NCBI GenBank assembly: GCA_038496445.1
Contig: JALMLS010000556.1
Span: 193,488-257,487 of the forward strand
Direction: 5' to 3'
Source: Trichosphaerium sp. ATCC 40318
Lineage: Eukaryota > Protista > Tubulinea
Length of the DNA stretch: 64,000 nucleotides
The notes beneath the pieces were generated by a model. That model was not told the origin of the DNA. It searched no databases and saw only the letters and a list, made by a program, of their open reading frames with translations. The translations under genes and the position numbers were made by a program. Shown piece after piece: positions 35,671 to 47,461 of the stretch; the first letter of the stretch is position 1, and each line of letters opens with the position of its first letter.

Positions 35671-38600
35671 ATGGCGGAACGTCATTTTAGCGTAACTGAC
35701 GATGATGTTGAGGGTGAAAAGGCAAGGGAGCGCGTCAAAGATGCTTTAAGACGAAAATCAAAAGGTATTGTTGGCAGGGACAAAATTGAACGCGAAAACG
35801 GCCACATTGGAAAGAAGAAAGCACGGTCTCGTAACACTGGGTGAGTATGGTTGTACTGTCTTGAATGGGCAATAGTATACTCAGTACAAAATACAAGTTA
35901 CAATTTTACTCATCTTTATGATCTAGTTCGTCCAAAGCAAGTACAAAGAACTGTTTAAACCTATTATGGGAACGGCGGGAGTTGTTGACTGTATTTCGCG
36001 AACATCTTTATCACGTTGGAAACGCATTTAACCTCCGATTCTATCTTGAGTGCAGTGAGTCACAAAAACAATAGGTTTTGATCTTTTTTTTTACATTTTT
36101 TACCTCTTTTTGGTAATTTTGTTTTTCGCGACTGCACGCTCTACGATCAGTTAAAAACTGGCTACAATCGCTTCAAAAACTATGTGTACTCATTTTACAT
36201 ACTTACTGATCCATTTAAGAGCTATTTGCAAAGGTTGAAGATGTAGAACTTTTAAGCCGTCGAGCACATGAGATTTTTGACGCATATATCAACCCGAGGG
36301 GTATGAGAGCTTTGGATTGTATAACCGATAGTTGTTATAAGGTATGTTGGTATTACTCTTACAAAAAATTATCTATTAAAGGCCGTAACAACTTGTTGTT
36401 CACGTGCTATCCAAATACGAAAAAAAAACCCTTGAAAACCGAAACTTTTCACACCTTTCATAGAAAACTAGTTCCTGTCGTTAACTTTTTTTAACATTCT
36501 TCACCGTAGTGTATAAACCAAGGATTGTCTTCTATCAATAGACATTTATTTGAACCAGCTTTGGCAGTTGTCATCCAAATCTTACAAAAAGATTTCGAAA
36601 AGTTTCGTAAATGTGAAAAATACCCAAAAGATCTTCCTAATGAAGAAACGTTACCAAATATCAGAAGGATCCGTTCACAAACTATTATGTATTATGAGTA
36701 TATGCGCAAGATAAAACGTAGTGAAGAAACGGCAAAGAGTGATCCAGGAATACGCGTTTTATTGTACAACAATCCAATAACAGTGTACGCCAAAACAGAT
36801 TTTTTTTTCTCGTTGAAACAGTTCCTAAATCTGACTACTTTGATCAAGGAAAGAGCCAGCCGATGATGATTCTAAACTCACCTTTGAAAAGCTTTTTGAA
36901 CATAGGGAGCTAATGAGAGCATTTGAAGAATTCTTAAAGATATCTTATGCTCAAGAAAATTTGTATTTTATAATTTCTGTTGGTACCTCCCTTTGCAAAT
37001 CTAAACTCTTAGAGAACCTTCCTTTTAATACTCAATTAGATTCGTACATGGCCCTTCGAGATCAAGAAGAGCGTACAGCACGAGCACTTGAGATTTTTGA
37101 GCAATTTGTTCACCCTAGTGCAGCGACACCTATTAACCTCAGCCATGAATCTGTAAAGGTACAAAAAACGTCCTTTGATTTTTATTCAACTTTTATTTCT
37201 TTTGCAATGAATCTTTCACCAGCTATTTGATGGCTTCCAATTCATGAATATTTTCCTGAGTCATGGGTAGCAAACATCTTTTGGTGTAAGATGGGACCCC
37301 TCATTGATTGCTTTCCAAGATTTTTTTATTTGATTTTTTTTTTGTTTTGTGGGCGCTCATTGTTACTAAGTTACTTACTGGATTTTTTTTTATCTAGTTG
37401 GTTCAAGAAAAATTAGAGAATCCAGCAGAGATAATTTTCGAAGAAGCTAGAGATATTGTTATGAATTATTTAAAGAATGACTACTTTCCTGATTTTAAAA
37501 TGTCAGAGAACTGTCCAAAGTGGCCATTACCACAAAAACGTAAAGAGGAAAAAACGATAGAGTTATATGATACATTAGTAAAGATTAGGAAGAGTAATAG
37601 TTTAAAAAAATCAAAGAAAGTAAGTCACCATTATTTCTTGTTCACAAAATCTCGTTTTTTTCGCTTTTATTTTTTGTTGTCGTGCGCACTTCTTGTTGAG
37701 TTGTATCGTGTTTACTCTAACATATGTCCTATCGCTGAGTACTAATATGTTATGCTTTTAGGCACCTCAAATGGAGGATATTTATACCAGTAGAGATTTA
37801 TTAATGGATTTTCGAGAGTTTGTTTATTATCGACATTCTCAAGAACATTTACAGTTTGCTCTTGAGTGTGGTAAGTTAAATTCATATTTTTTATTGCAAA
37901 GACTTGTCAATGTTTACAGTTTACAATTATTTGTATCAACGTCTTCGACACACAATCACGTGTTGAGTAAAAGGCGAAAAAAAAAAGAAGTTTCGGACGA
38001 CAGTACTTACCGGACGTTGTAGAAATATACAGACGTACAAATGATCCAAAGGAGCGTGTTATACGAGCGGAACAAATATATTCACGATTTTGTCAACCTG
38101 ATGGTAAAGATGCTGTAAATATTGATGAAATGTTGGTAGAGGTATAATTTGATTCATTTTTTTTTTTGTAGTCTCGTTTACTTGTCTTCTCTGTAACACA
38201 TGTAAACCTTGATTTGCTTTATTTAACATATTACAATAGATGATAGAGGAAAAAATGAAGGGAAGAAACTTACCTAAGGACTTGTTTCATGACGCTAGTG
38301 AAGCAGTACGTTTTTACGAAAACTGCAATCTTTTCTTTTTATGCTGATGCTAAACTTTGTACCGATACTTAATATCTTATTGATGTAGGTTATGGTTATT
38401 CTACAACACCAATTATGGCCTCAATTCCTTCGTTCGGAAATGTACTCACCGCCAAAGAAGAAGAAGGATAAGAAAGTACCTGCTAAGCTTTCAAGACGTA
38501 ACACAATAAAAAATTATGAAGAACTTCGTGCCCGCCTAAAGGTGGAAGAAAGGACTGCTCCACCAACATGGGATGCAATCTGGAGTGAAAGAGATCTGAT

Positions 38601-39219
38601 GTTATCATTCTGCAGTTTCTTACATGAGAAGAAAGCGGAGAATAGGATTCGTTTTGTACTACATGCAGGTAATAGCAAATTTTTGAAGTGACAACTTTAT
38701 TGCCTTTACGGAGACATGTCAACCTTTGTTTTAGAGCTGTTCACTGAGGAATCGAATGATGAAAAGAGGAAAGAAAAGGGTCACTTTCTTTATAAAGAGT
38801 ACATAAAACCTAACTCAGTAATGCATGTGCCGTTCACAAGTGAATGTGTCAAGGTAACCCAATTTTTTTGAAAAGTCCATGCCCGAAGAACTCCCCGAAA
38901 AACCCTCCAGAGTGCACTATCCCTCAGGCTTTAAACTTCCCTGTACTGCCTATTTATTTACGGGGTAATTCATTGTGCATGCTTCTAGAGGAGTTTAGAT
39001 TTCCGTCGAAACTCTGAAGCAAAATGTGTTTTGATTCAATTTCAATTCAATACCAAAATAATCTTCTTGACACTTTTGTTAGTGGATACGCGGAAATGTT
39101 GCTCTTGCGAACAAGTCCTTGTTCAACGAGGCTTTATTTCAGGCATGGTATTATCTAAAGAATGAGTATTGGCCGGAGTTCATAGCCATGGGGTCGTGGA
39201 GTCATGGACAAGCGAGTAA
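35671..39219 (+). CDS. Protein with four tandem RGS domains, multi-exon
   Basis: Four units: RELLTVFREHLYH..NLRFYLEC; RELMRAFEEFLKISYAQENLYF..IFEQFVHPSAATPINL; RDLLMDFREFVYYRHSQEHLQFALEC..VNID; RDLMLSFCSFLHEKKAENRIRF; each closes with a L..D/E.(F/W)P.F-type helix. Confidence 0.85.
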
Positions 39220-39903
39220 ATAGTTTTTTTCTTTGCGAATCTCAAAAAAAAAAGACGAAGAAATCATGTAGCGTATTGAAGTTATTTCAACTTGTATTGT
39301 ATACCTCTATCGCTATTTCGCGCAAAGAAACATTGTAGATCTTGTAGTTTTAACATAAAAAAGAAATTGAATCACTATGCTCGCGAGCAAAAGGTCTCAT
39401 TTGATTTACGAGGTAGTTAATTGAAACGGAAAGGTTTGTCCGATTTAGACGCATACTTTGGGTCTGAAGGGTATCAATTATGGTAAATGTGCTGCTTGTT
39501 GTCATAAAACGCGTATTGAGAGGTTTTTTGGACAGTACACAGTGATTTGATTGCTTAAAGATTGAAAGTTGCATTAAAGCCGAAAAGAGTCTTTAACGTC
39601 GCAACGAACTGGCACTATACTTGAAAATATCGCGGTAGTACGTTTTGCGATCCGAGAAAGGACATTCAAGGGTTTTGTAAAAAAGGATTCAAGCAAAACT
39701 GCACTGCTGTACTAATCGATAAAGGAGTATATAGAGTATGGTGTTATCGTTAGCAATACATTTCATCTCCGTGTGACTTAAAATAACTTCCCTGGGACGG
39801 AGTTTTTTGGGATTATATTTTCGTATTTTTTTGATTTACGCAAGCAGCAAAACTCAACTCTAAAGTTAACTCCCTTTTGCATCATAATCAATATATTAAT
39901 AGT

Positions 39904-41861
39904 ATGAGCGGACCAGAAGCAAACGTACGCAGTATGATATTATTTACAGCAGTATTAATTGTTTTAAAGCCAATAAGACCTCTATGTGTATGGAAGTTAA
40001 AGGCGGCAATAAAGAGACTCATACTCGATGGTTCTCTTCTTATTTCAACAAGCGCTAATGATAAAATACGCGTATGGTCTATAAACCCATTGACTGGACA
40101 TATAACGCCCGAAAAGACTTTCAAGGTATGGATAATCTATTTTTTGTAGTTTTTTCAATGTTTAACGAATTGTAGGGCCACAAGGGCACACCAACTAAAT
40201 TAGTGATTCACAAGAGCATACTACTTGCACTAAGCTCCCACGACAGTACTCTTAGATCTTGGAATCTTCAAGTACGTCCAAAAAACGCTTTTTATTGCAA
40301 TTTTTTTTTAATTCCTAAATCGTCATTTGTCGGCCGATTTTTTTGCATCTCGCGTTCAAAGCTAATAAAACCATACAGACACTTGAACCTCATAAGAACT
40401 TTGAAGGTCATGAACAACATTTATCTGACCTTGCAGTTTGTGAGAAAGAGGATATTATGTACACTTCTAGTTTCGATAATACAATACGTTCATGGAATAT
40501 AATGGTACCTAAAATTGTTATTGTTTCTATTAATTGCTTTTTTTTTTTTGGATACGATATCCATGCTCATTATGTTACCGTTTTTGGAAAAACTGAAAAA
40601 CTGTTTTGTAGTCCTGGTCAAAAAATAGTTTCTAACTTACTTTAGAAAGGAGGTAAAGCGTTGAATGTATTCAAAGGACATTCAGATAGCGTCACTTGTG
40701 TTAGAGTAAAAGGAAAACACTTATTTTCGGCATCTGTACGTATTGCTTCCTTTTGATACAATATTTCGAAATTATTGTTCTCTGTAATGTTATAAACCTC
40801 GAAATCTAACTTTTGTAAACGCGTAGTCGCGTTTCGTGTTTTTTCGCGTTTTTTTTTTGCCAAGGCTCTAATGTTTCTCAAATATAGGCTGATAAGACTG
40901 TACGTATTTGGTTACGTAAAGGAGGGCAAAATACGAACATTTTGCATGGTCATACGAATTTTGTGTTTGGACTTCATTTGCATTCTGATACTATATTCTC
41001 TTATTCCCACGATGGCACAGTTAGATTATGGAAAATGAAGGTAAAGAAAATAGTTTTTTCGGACAAAAAATTTCCTTAAAGAGAGTTAATATTACATGAC
41101 GCTATACAATTGATTTCTTCTTTTGTCTGCCTGTTATATTGTTTGCACGTACTAATATATTACATTGTAGACTGGCGAGCTTAAACATACAATTGACGTT
41201 GGGTACCCTGTCAAGTCCATGAAATTACAAAACAAGCAGTTGTTTACCAGTGCGAAGAGTATATTAGAAAGTTGGTCATTAAAAGGCAAAAAGGTATGAC
41301 CTACGAAACACATGTCTAACAATTTTTTTCTTCAGTTTTTTTTTTTGATTATCGTTTACTTAAATTGGCTTTTTTAACCTCTTAAATAGCTTTACACTGT
41401 CGAAGGACACTCTGGTCAAATATTATGTAACACATGGTATGGTAAAAAGTACTTGTTTACAGGTGGTCAAGACCGTACTGTTCGAGCATGGGATTTAGAT
41501 GTAAGTAACAACTTTGCACTTTTTATGTTTGCTTTTATATTCAACAAATTATTCGCTTTTTTTCCGCCCCACACCTTGGAGATACTACTCTTACAAGCGA
41601 AAAACCCTGTGACATAACGTATTTCTGTGTGGGGCAGAAAAAAAATGGGAGTTGAATAAGAAACTATGTAGAGAATGAAGATATCTTATTTTTTTCTTCT
41701 AGAATAAAGGAAAACAAATGCTACTATTCCGTGGTCATGAGGGCATGGTTAACGCTTTAGAATTAAAGGATAGATGGGTATTTAGTGGTGGAGAGGATTG
41801 TACAATACGACTATGGCCAAACCCAATCTTCTCAAAATCAGAGGCAAAAGGATGGGTCTAA
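39904..41861 (+). CDS. WD40-repeat protein, multi-exon
   Basis: Repeated GH..D.T(L/I/V)R.W units: SHDSTLRSWN, SFDNTIRSWN, GHSDSVTCV, GGQDRTVRAWD, GGEDCTIRLW. Confidence 0.9.
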
Positions 41862-42257
41862 TCGGATTTCAACACGATCAATTCGTTTCTTCTTTTTTTT
41901 TCATGTCTTTAAAACGTAACTGGAAAAGTTAAAATACTTAATGAAGACATCATGATGGAGAGAATTGTACATATATACTCATGAAGTGACTTGTATTTCT
42001 ACGATAAATAAACAACTTTTATGTTAATTGTATGGCGCGTACAACAATTGAGATTAATAGTGATATTTCCCAACTGACGTCAGTTGTTACTTCGACCTAC
42101 TTCACAGTCGCCTCAGTATTTTCGGCATCGACTGACTGAGCGACACTACACTTATCACTCTTGTCCTAATTCTCATCAACAATACAACCAAAACAATTGC
42201 TATGAAGCTGAGGTGCGTTTTGCTTTATTTGGTGTTGATGACATAAACACATGAGAA

Positions 42258-43509
42258 TTAACGGTGTAAAAGCTTTATTCTTTCTTCATCAGAATGTATT
42301 GATCGTTTCCTAAATAACAGGTTTCAACAAGATGATCTTGGTTTAGTTACGAAAAGAACTCAGAAAAAAAAAAGAAAAGAAAGATCTCTGTCTTACCGTG
42401 AAACACATGTCGGTAGAGTTGGTGGAGTGAAACCAGGGTAGAATTTAAACGGCAAAGAAAAAGATGGTCCGTAATGCTGTGTAGAACCTAATTAAACCCG
42501 TTACCTTAGCTGGAGGTTCTGTTATAAATGTATAACTTACCTGTTACTTTGTCTACCTCTGAAGAGATAGAAACATCACCAAGTACGAGTCTATCATCAT
42601 CTAATCTTTCTAATGATACAATTGCAGACAGTGACAATGACAAAGCAGTTAGCGTTGACATGGCAGTAAAATCAAATTGGCATGGTGCTCCAGATGCAAG
42701 TGTTGAACTTGGGAACTGATGAATGGATGGTCCGTCCATAGAGCGCAATAATATGAAAAGTACATCTCCATCAATGACAACTAGGTAAAGTTAGTATGTT
42801 GCTAAGTGTACATACGCGTAAAAGTTTTCACTTAAAAATTGTAATCTTCTGCTGTGATCTCCCTACTTACAATCTCCAGTCCCAGCCATTGTAGTGCATG
42901 ATGCTACAGGTCCCGACATACAATTAGCAGAAGATGGATCAAAAGTGTACTCCATAAACTGTTGTGAATCTGCGTTAAATATGAAAAACGTGTTTTCTGA
43001 AATAAAATCCCCGCCGAAGTAATTAGCGGTTCTGTCCATTCCATTATTTCCTCTACATATCTCAACATCACTTTCTGTCTTCACTACAAAATTATCTGCT
43101 TGGAATAACACTAACAGAGAACCATCCAGAGCAGGTACTACAAAAACAGTTATTTTAAGTCAAATCTGCTCAGATTTATTGTGGTTTTTTCTTTGGGATA
43201 CGTAGTACGTACTTAGTGCAGTAGATAAAGGGGTATAACCGGTTGGCGTGAGACCTGTGAATTGAACATTGAACAAATCAGGTACTAAAAGTCAGCCTTA
43301 GATCGCAGATTTGAACAACAGTAAAAATACAAAAGTTGTAGCATAAAGTCTTCTAAAGCTTGCGTACTTCCTGAGAGGTCTATACCGACTGTAATTACAT
43401 TGCTATTAGGTGACATCATAGGTTGGGGAGCGTGAATATATCCAGGAGGTCGTTGACAATAGCATGTGCCTACAAAGGCCAAAATGAGAACGATAACTGT
43501 ATTGTACAT
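42258..43509 (-). CDS. Secreted variable protein family, copy D (inverted, about 12 kb from the cluster)
   Basis: MYNTVIVLILAFVGTCYCQRPPGYIHA; VKTESDVEICRGNNG; LDDDRL; ends CVSRKRSIHSDEERIKLLHR*. Confidence 0.82.
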
Positions 43510-44065
43510 GCTGTTTTAGACCTATTGAAAACAAATGAGTAAGGGTCACTTTCTCGTTGTTCTTGGTTATATTTTATTATTGCTGTCGTACAATGTTTAC
43601 TTCTAGCTTCTTTTGTGGTGCTTTTGGAAGTCTTTTTGAAGCCACGTATTTACTTAAGTGCAGTTTTTTTTTTCATTGTTCATTGAAAAAATACGGACAT
43701 CCAACATTTACCTTCTACTTAGGTGCTCTTTATGGTTGTTTACAAAAAGTGACATCTAAGAATCAGATAAAAGTAAAAATAAAATCATAGGTATGTTATC
43801 AGGTAAACCACGGTAGCTAGGACCGCTAGTTTCAGATTGTCTGATCAAATTTAGAAGTGGCCCAGATCTTCAAATTTGACGTTTCAAATCTCTAGCTCTT
43901 AAAAGTTCTCGCGAACAAGACTTTTGAGTGAATGTAACAAAATGAGACACTAAACTTCAGCAACTTATGCTCATTCTGCAGCAATCAAAACAACCAGACC
44001 AGTTGGGGTGCGTTTTGCTTTATTTGGTGTTGATCATAAAGACATGTAAAAGTTGTATGCTTTGT
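43510..44065 (-). repeat. Composite duplicated upstream block of copy D
   Basis: 43510-43815 matches the reverse complement of about 29046-29330 (upstream of copy C); 43820-44033 matches about 25326-25540 (A-B spacer); 44035-44065 resembles a decayed last exon. Confidence 0.8.
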
Positions 44066-44565
44066 TAATCAAAAAAAAGGGATGTTTTGATCATCAAGAG
44101 CATTAACCACTTCTTTTACCACAGTCAAATTTCAAGGGTTGTATACAATTGTAGGTACTATTCGCAGAGTTTGTTTTTCTTGTACTTACCTTTTTACAAA
44201 TCTGTATTATACCACTTTAGGTACAGTGTATGTTAGGCCTCTGAGTCTCCCTACTCTCAAGAATGATTGAGTATTTCAACAAAGGGAGCATAGTAACAAT
44301 AAAAACCAGCTCGATAACTTTTACTTACATAGCAATAAAGTTCCATGAATTTGTTAGGTACAACCATACCCTTGGTAATTTTAGAACACGTAAGAATAGG
44401 GCGTTGATTGATATATTGCAAAACTATGTGCGCAACCTAGACTGCCTAATGGAAAACAAAAGGTTTTTGTATGATACAATGGAGAACGAGACAATGAGTA
44501 TAAGCTACAAGTTTTTCTATTGTTTATTTTTTTTATAGGCTGGCTTTTAGTATCAAACACGTGCT

Positions 44566-45423
44566 CTATCTTTTCCTTTTTCTGCGTCTTGTTTTCGTCT
44601 TCTTTTTTTTAGGTTTCTGTGGTTTAGGGCGTTTCTTTGTTGAATTAGTACTTGTCTTCTTTACTTTAGGGTATTTGTTGTTTGATCTATTTGGTTTACT
44701 TGTTGGAGAACGTTGCTTTGTTGAGAGACTTGTCGTTGCTGGAGAACGTTGTGCAGTTGAGTGACTTGTCTTTACTGCAAAAAGACTGGTTCCAAAGATA
44801 CCTGTATTTCTCTTCGCTGGTGTGGAATGCTGTGCTGTTGATTGACTCGTTGTTTTCCTCTTCTGCGATAAGTGTTTTTTTCTTAATCGTGTTGTAGTTT
44901 CCTTTGCTTCAGATAGCTTTGTTTTAAGAAAACCTGTTGCTTTCTTTCTTCTAGAACCCGATGATTCTGATCGGTTCGCGCTCGGACGTGCTGGTAGCTG
45001 TTCATCTTCTTTGTTAAAATACATTTCGTTGATGATGTCTTGCTCCCAAACACTCATTTCTGTCTCTTCAACCGAAGGATCATCTGCGTTCTTGCTGTTT
45101 ATTGATGCCTTGTACGAAACTGATCCATCGGGTCTTATACTCCAACCACTGACACAGTAGTTACCGGTTGTTGTTATCCATCCTTGGTGTGAAGCGAACT
45201 CGACTAACTTCTCGTGTGAAGATTCAATATCTTCCATATGTACTTCTCCTTGTGCTATGACGCATGTTGTACTTATGCGTCTGTAAACCATGATACATGT
45301 GTATCCAAGAGTTGATTTTTTTGGAAGTTGGAATGTCTGTTTTCCGCATACATACGATACGTAGTAAGGCGAGATATCTGTTGTAAATAGTGCGTTTAGA
45401 ACACTTGTCTCAGTTCTTCCCAT
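44566..45423 (-). CDS. Intronless hypothetical protein (285 aa) with a very basic Lys/Arg/Ser/Thr C-terminal half
   Basis: Long ATG-initiated ORF; globular-looking N-terminal ~135 aa; tail KKRPKPQKPKKKKTKTRRRKRKR. Confidence 0.6.
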   Translation of the reverse strand: MGRTETSVLNALFTTDISPYYVSYVCGKQTFQLPKKSTLGYTCIMVYRRISTTCVIAQGEVHMEDIESSHEKLVEFASHQGWITTTGNYCVSGWSIRPDGSVSYKASINSKNADDPSVEETEMSVWEQDIINEMYFNKEDEQLPARPSANRSESSGSRRKKATGFLKTKLSEAKETTTRLRKKHLSQKRKTTSQSTAQHSTPAKRNTGIFGTSLFAVKTSHSTAQRSPATTSLSTKQRSPTSKPNRSNNKYPKVKKTSTNSTKKRPKPQKPKKKKTKTRRRKRKR

Positions 45424-45965
45424 GACAGTATTGGTTTAAATTGTTTGTGTTGTGTTGTATGAACGTGTAGTTTATGTTTTATGTTCGGTGGTATTATGAA
45501 TTATAGAAACATGTATGACGTTACAATATCACGTGAAATATTCATTAAACCCACAATTTCATTAGGATCTATGTGATTTTCCCGGATTGTCACGGTGTCT
45601 CAGTATCCAACAGTTAATACAGCAGAGCCTCTGTAGAATATCAATTCACCACGTGGGAAATATTTAAATTATCCGGCGAAATAATTTTTTTTCTCTAGAG
45701 GTGTTCCTTACGCGCAAACGTAGGAGAAATCTGTGGCTTTTTTTAGATTCTTGTTTCGCCTGGATGCTTCTGAGCTGCCCTATTACTAAAAGTAGCTGTG
45801 TCGATTAGCTTTATTATTCTTAGGTGCTGCTACGCAAGCCAGCGCTTGCGATAGTATTTCAATATCGATGTTCTTAGGAAACTAATATTTTTAAGCATCT
45901 TCAGTCTGTACATTGTTGAAATCGTTAGGATTATTGTAACTGTTCAGTTTATTGAGGTAATGATT

Positions 45966-46564
45966 TAACAGTGTGGTAAGATGGTGAGACCCTTATTACA
46001 TGGGTTATAGGCAAGAATAGGAACGGGACAATAGCTAAGTAAAGTGTTATTAGAGAATTATACCAATATGGTACCCATTGGTTCCAAAGTGGAAGCTGAT
46101 CGTTAGTGGTTGTGCAGCGCACAGGTATCCTTTGAGATCAAAGTAAAGATCTCCACGAACATCATTTGGGCAGTTGCATGTAGGGACCCACCTACAAGAA
46201 GGTGTTTTGCATCCTAGGGAGCAATGCAAATGGCTTGCTATGGATGTGGTAAGAGGGTGAAAGAATCGCTTAAGATTGTACCTTCTGGTGCCTGAATAGG
46301 GCCCATGCTGCCGTTTCCTTTTACATCAATTGTAATAATGAGGTGTTCTTTTGTTACTACTAGCTTTACGACAGTGCAAAAATAGAAGGCGTTAAAACGA
46401 GATATCACGTTTTTAGGCATCCACTCATATCTTAGAAAATGACAAGCACCTCCACCGTATCCTGGCTGCGCTGGGCTAGTTTGAAAAGATGGATTGCCGC
46501 CGTATCCAGGTTGTTGGAATGTTGGGTTACCACCGAATCCTTGTTGAGGTTGTCCGTATTGCAT
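45966..46564 (-). CDS. Hypothetical protein with Gly/Gln/Pro/Tyr-rich N-terminus, multi-exon; 3' end approximate
   Basis: MQYGQPQQGFGGNPTFQQPGYGGNPSFQ..PGYGGG, then VVTKEHLIITIDVKGNGSMGPIQAPE and a further open exon at about 46070-46190. Confidence 0.5.
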
Positions 46565-47461
46565 GTTTGATGAGGTGTTGTTGATGAGTGTTTGAATTAC
46601 AAATGAAGGAAGATGTAGAACGTGCCCTTGTTAAGTATTGTGTTCGTTATTTTAATCTGCTGTTGATGATTATATGACAGGTTGCTCTCTGTTGTATCTA
46701 CTTGGTACTGAAACTGAATGGTTGTAAGCATTAGAGTCGTATTGCGTTCTTTACAGTGTGGCAGTTTTTAATCTTCACTCATCGTTCGCATAATAGAGCA
46801 ACACCGTCAAACAACCCAAATACTGTACCTTGCAGCTGTATGAATATCGTAGCGCCTTTTGAATAAAAAGGTCTTTCCAACGGTGTGTTATGATAACGTT
46901 TTATAAAAGGTAACTTTTATTCAGTTACAATAGATCATCATAGGGCGTTAGTGTTATTTTACAACGTGGCACACGACAAAAATTGGTACCACGCATAAAA
47001 TATGTACAATTTTTTTATATCTACAAAGCAGCATAGTCATAAGACTAGTAGGTATTCAAACGTCTTGACTTTCTCTAAAGTGGAACCTACTGAAAACTGA
47101 CAGCCAGCAAAAAAATAAAAGTTGTACCGCGTGGGTGTATTGTTATTTTCAAATTTATCATTCTTCGTGTCACGTGTCATGAAGCGATATTTTTTCTTTC
47201 AACAATGAAGAAGCCGGCGTTCATTTCCTTATTTCATTGTAGTCGATTAAAATAAAAGCAATGACATAAAGAAAAGTCACAAGAACAATACAATAAAACG
47301 CTGAACTCCATGTTACTTATCGCATTTACTGACCATTATTTATATGGTAGAAGTATCATTGTATCCGTCAGAACTTACAGGTTGGGCATGACCGGATTTT
47401 TGTTAGGAGTGATGTAACGAGAAGACTTAAATTCCTTACAATTCAGGTTAAATGAACGTGT

